A stretch of DNA of 64,000 bases. Origin: Sedimentisphaerales bacterium (lineage in GTDB: Bacteria > Planctomycetota > Phycisphaerae > Sedimentisphaerales > SM23-30). The stretch spans positions 1 through 64,000 of the forward strand of contig CAXXMR010000003.1 of the NCBI GenBank assembly GCA_963663805.2, in the 5' to 3' direction. A program made the translations under genes and the position numbers. The notes under the pieces were generated by a model. The model saw only the letters and a list, made by a program, of their open reading frames with translations. It searched no databases and was not told where the DNA came from. Shown one piece after another: positions 58,525-64,000 of this stretch (positions are counted from its first letter, which is position 1; the number at the start of each line of letters is the position of its first letter).

Positions 58525-60657
58525 ATGTTTAAGATGTTGTTAGCAGTATTACTGGTTTTGATGGTCGTCATGCCGGTGTTGGCGTCCGATGCGGATTATG
58601 TATTCGACATCGACATGACGACCGGGCCTGTCCTGGGTTTTGGTGCCCAGATATGGCCGGGTGATACCCATGTTAATGCTCTGCTGAACAACCTGAATTG
58701 CAAATTTGTGCGGATGGACATTACGCCCAACTGGACAAGCGTTACTGAAGAGCCTCCTACAGACGGCAATCGTGCGTCATTTGACGCGTATTGTGCACGT
58801 AATTTCACTTCGGCAAGGATAAATTATCTAGCGACTTCATGGACCATGACAAATAACCTTGATATTCAAGTTATCGCTAACCAGTTTCATGCCCCTTCGG
58901 CGTGGCTAGGTAGTAATAATGTGCTTCGGGCGGAGTATCATCAGGATTTCGCTCTGCTCTGGGGTGCCCAGGTTGCTTTGCTGGACAGCTATAACATGCG
59001 TCCGCCTTATGTTGATTTGTTTAATGAACCGGAAGGGGACTGGAACGTTTATGTTGCCCCAGCCAGTTATAATGCTGTAGTCAAACTGGTTCGTGCCGAG
59101 CTGGATGCCCGCGGTTTTTACGATGTTGGTATCGTGGGTCCGGGTCTAGCGTGGCTGGACCATAATAACGGCGGCGAGACCTGGGTAAACGCCCTCGATA
59201 ATGACGCGGTTGATTCACTGACGGCCTGGGCGACCCATGCCTGGGATGAAAGTTACGATACTGATTGCGGGCCGGAATATTTGGAAGAGCAGTGGACGGA
59301 TTTCGGCAATGCGGTAAACAATAAAGACCCGCTCAAACCGATTTTCGTCACTGAATACATGACCGGGGCCCGCACCTTTAATGGTATTACTTACGATTCG
59401 CCGGGCTCTGCTTATGGCGGGACGGCGGCGGAGTCTGACGCTTTCGCGGTGCGGGTGTTCCAGAACACTCTTACTCTGCTTAACTGTGGGGCCGGTGCCC
59501 TGGTATTATGGGAAGCAGCCGACCAGTACTGGTCGGAATCGAGCTGGGGCCTGCTGCGCAGGTCCGCCGATGGCAGCACACCCCGCCCGGCATATTTCGC
59601 TTTGTATAGTCTGCTGCCGAAGATTCCTGAGTTGGTTTTGGTATTACAGAAAACGTGGACGGATAACGATGTTGTCGCCGCCGCATTTATTAAAGACGAT
59701 GTTTTGGTGGCGGCTTTTGCCAATGGCACCGCAAACATTCAACAGCGAATCGCTCAGCTTACCGGCCTGAACAGTGCGATAGTTACGGCTGCCTGGGCTT
59801 ATGAAAACGGCAGTGTGGTCAATAAAACCGCAACTGTAAATGTTGATTCGTCACGGCAATTGAACGTGGAATTGAATCCTGAGAGTACCTTGACGGTGGT
59901 GATGACTATCGAAAGGTGTCGGGCGGATGTCGCTAGTGACCTTAACGGTGACTGTCAGGTTGATATGCAGGACTTTGCGATAGTTGCCCGTGATTATGGC
60001 CTGGACAGTTTGTCGTCGGGGACGGTTGATATTGAGGATTTTGAATCCTACGCGAACAACACCGCTCTTAACGCTTTTGGCAGTAATGACGGCTCCGGCG
60101 GCGCCTGGGGGGTCGGTTCGAGTACGGCTTCGCTTTCGTTGTCGTCGCAGTCGTACCACGACAGTCAGGCCATGCTCTACGAATACAATAACGGTGCGAG
60201 TCCCTGGTGGGCAGGTGCGATGAAGTGGCTTACCTGGCCGAGCGGAACGTACGGACAGGACTGGCGCGACTATCAGAATCTGGTAGTGAATTTTAAGTGC
60301 CTGGACCGGTCGGGCTACTTGCAGGTTACGCTGGTCAATCACGGCGGGACGAATGTCGTTACCACGAAATATAACGGCGAAACCGTTTTACCGGTGGGCG
60401 ACTGGACCGAATGGGCGATTGATTTGCATTCGCTGGGCCTGACAGACGACCAGCTTTCCCATATCGGCCGTGTCGATTTGCAGATGAAAGACGGCGACTG
60501 GAATTACGGCAGTATTTTGTTTGACGATATTTATCTGACAGATTCGTCAGGAACATCATGTCAGGCCGCTATACTCACCGGCGATGTAAATGACGACTGT
60601 TATGTGGATATGCTGGATGTACTCGACATAGCCAAGGATTGGCTCTCGAGCAACTAA
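58525..60657 (+). CDS. Secreted clan GH-A glycoside hydrolase (GH30-like) with CBM11-like module and split dockerin
   Basis: GFGAQ, FVRM, APSAW, LFNEPE (acid/base), THAW, FVTEY (nucleophile), trailing beta-sandwich (LNPESTLTV), IEDFESY...LFDDIYL. Confidence 0.75.
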   Translation: MFKMLLAVLLVLMVVMPVLASDADYVFDIDMTTGPVLGFGAQIWPGDTHVNALLNNLNCKFVRMDITPNWTSVTEEPPTDGNRASFDAYCARNFTSARINYLATSWTMTNNLDIQVIANQFHAPSAWLGSNNVLRAEYHQDFALLWGAQVALLDSYNMRPPYVDLFNEPEGDWNVYVAPASYNAVVKLVRAELDARGFYDVGIVGPGLAWLDHNNGGETWVNALDNDAVDSLTAWATHAWDESYDTDCGPEYLEEQWTDFGNAVNNKDPLKPIFVTEYMTGARTFNGITYDSPGSAYGGTAAESDAFAVRVFQNTLTLLNCGAGALVLWEAADQYWSESSWGLLRRSADGSTPRPAYFALYSLLPKIPELVLVLQKTWTDNDVVAAAFIKDDVLVAAFANGTANIQQRIAQLTGLNSAIVTAAWAYENGSVVNKTATVNVDSSRQLNVELNPESTLTVVMTIERCRADVASDLNGDCQVDMQDFAIVARDYGLDSLSSGTVDIEDFESYANNTALNAFGSNDGSGGAWGVGSSTASLSLSSQSYHDSQAMLYEYNNGASPWWAGAMKWLTWPSGTYGQDWRDYQNLVVNFKCLDRSGYLQVTLVNHGGTNVVTTKYNGETVLPVGDWTEWAIDLHSLGLTDDQLSHIGRVDLQMKDGDWNYGSILFDDIYLTDSSGTSCQAAILTGDVNDDCYVDMLDVLDIAKDWLSSN

Positions 60658-60726
60658 ACTGAATAGGATTATATTCTGATGGTCAGAATATATAGTTTTA
60701 ATCTCTCAAATGAAGGAGATGGAAAA

Positions 60727-61395
60727 ATGTTAAAGGTAAGAAGTATGTTAGCTTGTGCACTGTGTTTGGCTTTGGCTGGGACAGTATCGGCGGCTCTGAT
60801 CATTGATGATTTCGAGTCGTATGCTGATGATGCCGCTTTGCAGTCCACCTGGGTGGTTCAGTCTGGTGGCGAAGCAATTCTTGAATCGCTGGAAACGGTT
60901 AATGGCAGTACCGCTATGCTTATTGATACCACTCAATCCAGCATCTACTGGTCGCAGACCAAGCTGACCATGCCCGGGGCCGTCCACAACGACCACGGTG
61001 TAAATTTTACCTATGCCGGTTATGATACGTTAAGTCTGGATGTCAAGGTGCCCGCTTATGGTGAAAGCCCCTGGGCATATCTCGATGGCACCGGCGGCCT
61101 GGTTTATCTGTCAATGTACGATTGCTGGGGTGGTCAGGTTTTTTATGCTGTTCTTGACAATTACAACAGTCAGGTAACCGCCAGCGGCACCAACATCACC
61201 TGGGAAATCCCTTTCGCCACTGCGACCGTATCAGGGATGAATCTGGAGAACGTTGAAGTTATCGCTATTGGCTATAAGTATATGTACAAAGGTCGTGGCG
61301 GCCTGTTCGTCGATAATGTCGCCCTGGTTCCCGAACCGGCAACCATGTCGTTGCTGGCTCTGGGTGGTCTGGCCCTTATCAGGCGTCGCAAGTAA
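60727..61395 (+). CDS. PEP-CTERM surface protein made of one CBM11-like module
   Basis: AAGGAG RBS, signal peptide, IIDDFESYADDAALQSTW...LFVDNVAL, VPEPATMSLLALGGLALIRRRK. Confidence 0.9.
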   Translation: MLKVRSMLACALCLALAGTVSAALIIDDFESYADDAALQSTWVVQSGGEAILESLETVNGSTAMLIDTTQSSIYWSQTKLTMPGAVHNDHGVNFTYAGYDTLSLDVKVPAYGESPWAYLDGTGGLVYLSMYDCWGGQVFYAVLDNYNSQVTASGTNITWEIPFATATVSGMNLENVEVIAIGYKYMYKGRGGLFVDNVALVPEPATMSLLALGGLALIRRRK

Positions 61396-61430
61396 TTTTG
61401 GTATTTGAATGATTTACAAAGTCTGGCTGG

Positions 61431-61459
61431 TCGCTCCGGGTTATGTAAGCCCGGAGCGA
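61431..61459. repeat. Intergenic stem-loop without U tract
   Basis: TCGCTCCGGG...CCCGGAGCGA inverted repeat between the PEP-CTERM and prepilin genes. Confidence 0.55.
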
Positions 61460-61537
61460 ATCCGGCCAAGACAAAAAGACAGCCAAAAAGGTTTTTGGCG
61501 GAATAACATAAGCTCTCTTTCAAAAGCGAGGTCAGTC

Positions 61538-62344
61538 ATGGATAATAAAAAGGCCTTTACACTGGTCGAACTGTTAGTCGTTGTAGCAATCATAGCTCTG
61601 TTAGTATCTATTTTGCTGCCGGCGCTGGGCAATGCCCGTCAGCAGGCAAGGAATGTTGTCTGTGCTAGCCAAATCAAACAATCATCCATGGCGGCTTTCT
61701 CTTATGCAACCGGAGTTAGCAAGAATGACAGGCTGCCCCGCGGTGCTACGGGCAATGGTACTGATGAATCAGATTATTTTAACGGTAATTCTCTGAGTAT
61801 TACTAATACTATTTATGAAGATTCGTTCGAGTGCATTGCCCGTTTCCTGGAAGATACCCGGATAATGGTTTGTCCCAATGCGATTAAATGGTACGAAAAT
61901 GATGCCGAGTATAACGGTGGCAGACCATTTATTACTGCCTACAATAAGAGTAAGAGTTGGAACGCCTTTACTCTGGGTTATAACTATCTTGGTGGGCATT
62001 ATGCCCAGAATTGGCCCGACCCTGTTGATCCTCAGGCAGTGAAATGGTATTCTCCTTCGACATTGAGTGACAGAGGAGATTTACCTCTGTTTGTCGATCT
62101 CATCTGGCAAAGTCCTTATTGGGCGAATTTTGGTAAAGGGACCGATATTGCCCATGCGAAGAACGGAGCTTTCAGGAGTGCTGATGGCACTACCTCTCCT
62201 GATGAACTTGTTTCTAAGATCGGTGGCAATGTTGGTGTTTTAGACGGGTCAGTAAAATGGAAGAGTTTCGATGAGATGGAGAAGCATCACACTTATAATT
62301 TCTATAGGGACTTATCTCGGCAGATGACGTTTGGCTGGTGGTAA
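61538..62344 (+). CDS. Prepilin-type N-terminal cleavage/methylation protein (DUF1559-like)
   Basis: GAGGT RBS, KKA^FTLVELLVVVAIIALLVSILLPAL, CASQIKQ, MVCP, GGNVGVLDGSVKW. Confidence 0.9.
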   Translation: MDNKKAFTLVELLVVVAIIALLVSILLPALGNARQQARNVVCASQIKQSSMAAFSYATGVSKNDRLPRGATGNGTDESDYFNGNSLSITNTIYEDSFECIARFLEDTRIMVCPNAIKWYENDAEYNGGRPFITAYNKSKSWNAFTLGYNYLGGHYAQNWPDPVDPQAVKWYSPSTLSDRGDLPLFVDLIWQSPYWANFGKGTDIAHAKNGAFRSADGTTSPDELVSKIGGNVGVLDGSVKWKSFDEMEKHHTYNFYRDLSRQMTFGWW

Positions 62345-62410
62345 GTCGGCTCAGTTGTTATTTATCGCAATTATAAATTCACATACAGTGTATAGATTGG
62401 CAGTATTTTT

Positions 62411-63442
62411 GTGTTGAAAATTACAAGTAAAAAAGATGGTCAGGTTATTTCGTCTGGCAAGAATATCACCGCGAGTTTTCCTGTTGAGATTCCCTGGCAG
62501 GACCGCCCCGCGGGTGTCAAGGATGTAGTCTGGCGGCATGATGGCAATCCCATTATTGATCGTCATCCGATTGCATGTGCCCAGGGCGTGTATAACAGTT
62601 CGGTCGTGCCTTACAAAAACGGATATGTCGGCATATTTCGGGTTGACCATAAAAATCGCATTCCCAAACTGCACCTGGGTTTTAGTCCCGACGCCATCAA
62701 GTGGACCCTTGAGGAGCAGCCCATCAATCTGGCCGGTGCGCCCGCCGCGATAAGCAACATGGAATACGCTTACGACCCGCGGGTCTGCAAGATTGACGAC
62801 TACTGGTACATAACCTGGTGCAACGGCTATCACGGTCCGACCATAGGTCTGGCCCGCACACTCGATTTCCAGACCTTCGAACAAATGGAAAACGCGTTCC
62901 TGCCCTTCAATCGCAACGGTGTGATGTTCCCGCGCAAGATAAACGGCAATTTCGCCATGCTCAGTCGCCCCAGCGATAACGGCCATACGCCCTTCGGAGA
63001 TATTTACTACAGTGAAAGCCCAGACCTGACTTTCTGGGGCAAACATCGCTACATCATGGGCGCAGGCGGACAATGGTGGCAGGGTACCAAGATCGGTGCC
63101 GGCCCGATACCCATCGAAACCAAAGACGGCTGGCTGGTATTTTATCATGGCGTTCTGAGTACCTGCAACGGGTTCGTTTACAGCATGGGCGCCGCTCTGC
63201 TGGACCTCGATGACCCCAGTAAAGTTCTCTACCGCGCCAATGAACCTCTGCTCACCCCTGAAGCAAACTACGAAACCACAGGGCACGTCGCCAACGTGAT
63301 TTTCCCCTGTGCCTGCCTGTTCGACCAGGAAACCGGCAGAATTGTGATATATTACGGCTCGGCTGATACCTATACCTGCCTGGCTTATACAAAGCTGGAT
63401 GAACTGATTCTGTTTATCAAGAGTCATTCGGAAGTGTTTTAA
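62411..63442 (+). CDS. GH130 beta-mannoside phosphorylase (beta-1,4-mannooligosaccharide phosphorylase-like)
   Basis: YNSSVVP, YAYDPRV, TWCNGYHGPTIG, FLPFNRNGVMFPRKI, RPSDNGHTPFGDI, KIGAGPIP, YYGSADT; exact start uncertain. Confidence 0.93.
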   Translation: MLKITSKKDGQVISSGKNITASFPVEIPWQDRPAGVKDVVWRHDGNPIIDRHPIACAQGVYNSSVVPYKNGYVGIFRVDHKNRIPKLHLGFSPDAIKWTLEEQPINLAGAPAAISNMEYAYDPRVCKIDDYWYITWCNGYHGPTIGLARTLDFQTFEQMENAFLPFNRNGVMFPRKINGNFAMLSRPSDNGHTPFGDIYYSESPDLTFWGKHRYIMGAGGQWWQGTKIGAGPIPIETKDGWLVFYHGVLSTCNGFVYSMGAALLDLDDPSKVLYRANEPLLTPEANYETTGHVANVIFPCACLFDQETGRIVIYYGSADTYTCLAYTKLDELILFIKSHSEVF

Positions 63443-63548
63443 TCGGATTAGGAGGGGCTGACCTGGATTTTTATAGTCTGGGGGGATGCTGCGCCGGGTT
63501 CTATACAAAAAAGTGTGATTTTTGACAAATATTACCGAAAATTTATAT

Positions 63549-64000
63549 ATGAAGACAGAACCGCCAAAAGTCCAAATCAAGCTAAAAAAAAACACTCTCA
63601 CGTTCAAATATTCAAGGAGCCACAAACTTTTGACGCTGGCGTCTCTGAACGCTCATTTTACCCTGAAAATTATCGCCTGCCTTACCCTGCTGACAGTTGG
63701 GACGGTTTTGGGGCAGGCGGAGATACCACAATCTTACCGTACAGTCGTCCTGCAAGGTCCGCATGATGATATGGATTCCATCGCTGAGCTAACCGGGCGA
63801 ATTAATGGTGCCGTGGTTGTCAATTACCATCAGCTTATCTCCAGCCAGGTCGATTTAGCCGATTGCCACTGCCTGATAATCCCCAACAGCGTCAACTACC
63901 CCGCCCAGGCAGCCTCCATACTGGAAAAATTCATCAATAGCGGCAAAGACCTCATCCTGCTGGGTGGCCACGCGTTCACCAACCCCCTCTGGCAGTTCAA
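63549..64000 (+). CDS. Probable secreted protein running off the window end (absent from the ORF track because it has no stop)
   Basis: Open frame from ATG 63549 to the end: signal-like IIACLTLLTVGTVLGQ, then a class-I GATase-like accessory motif LIIPN...LEKFINSGKDLILLGG; true start may be later. Confidence 0.6.
   Translation, partial: MKTEPPKVQIKLKKNTLTFKYSRSHKLLTLASLNAHFTLKIIACLTLLTVGTVLGQAEIPQSYRTVVLQGPHDDMDSIAELTGRINGAVVVNYHQLISSQVDLADCHCLIIPNSVNYPAQAASILEKFINSGKDLILLGGHAFTNPLWQF

Noticed and set aside
62351..63625. 424-aa minus-strand ORF
   Set aside because: Antisense shadow of the clearly conserved GH130 gene.
63515..63766. 83-aa ORF near the window end
   Set aside because: The overlapping frame from 63549 stays open to the end and encodes a signal-like segment and protein-like sequence.
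1..64000. CRISPR arrays, tRNA/rRNA genes, prophage, retroelements
   Set aside because: No regularly spaced nucleotide repeats, RNA-gene signatures, phage genes or reverse transcriptase motifs recognised by eye; tRNAscan and Infernal were not run.

Overview
Bacterial chromosome segment whose gene content (prepilin-type/DUF1559-like proteins, PEP-CTERM proteins, EF-hand dockerin-like repeats) points to a PVC-superphylum organism, most likely a Phycisphaerae planctomycete (inference). Bases 1-28.7 kb are mostly housekeeping genes (ychF, cinA, glyA, rnpA, yidD, mgtE, rplM, rpsI, argC, argJ, topA, a PpiD/SurA-like chaperone, an HD-GYP/HDOD pair). Embedded in them is a surface-glycan/sulfate-activation locus: a GT-C-like membrane transferase, B12 radical SAM, two AlkP-superfamily proteins, a flippase, cysN and cysD. 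A complete IS4-family element (26-bp perfect inverted repeats, 9-10 bp target duplication) sits at 28.9-30.4 kb. From 30.8 kb to the end is a polysaccharide-utilisation island: four PEP-CTERM proteins, five dockerin-bearing secreted proteins (BNR-4, GH5-like, heparinase II/III-like, CBM-only, GH30-like), an SBP-permease fusion ABC transporter, LacI, a prepilin-type protein and GH130. Main observations: (i) PEP-CTERM proteins that are stand-alone copies of a module repeated inside neighbouring dockerin enzymes; (ii) a GCGCA-N16-GCGCA motif at fixed spacing upstream of four genes; (iii) a TAAAGTACTTTA operator matched to a LacI with a non-canonical hinge; (iv) CysD and an AlkP protein sharing a C-terminal LRxLGYM tail, with no cysC or sulfotransferase in the window. 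Three genes carry six +1 frameshifts in short homopolymers, most likely sequencing errors. No rRNA, tRNA or CRISPR array was recognised. All family calls come from motif recognition by eye, not database searches.
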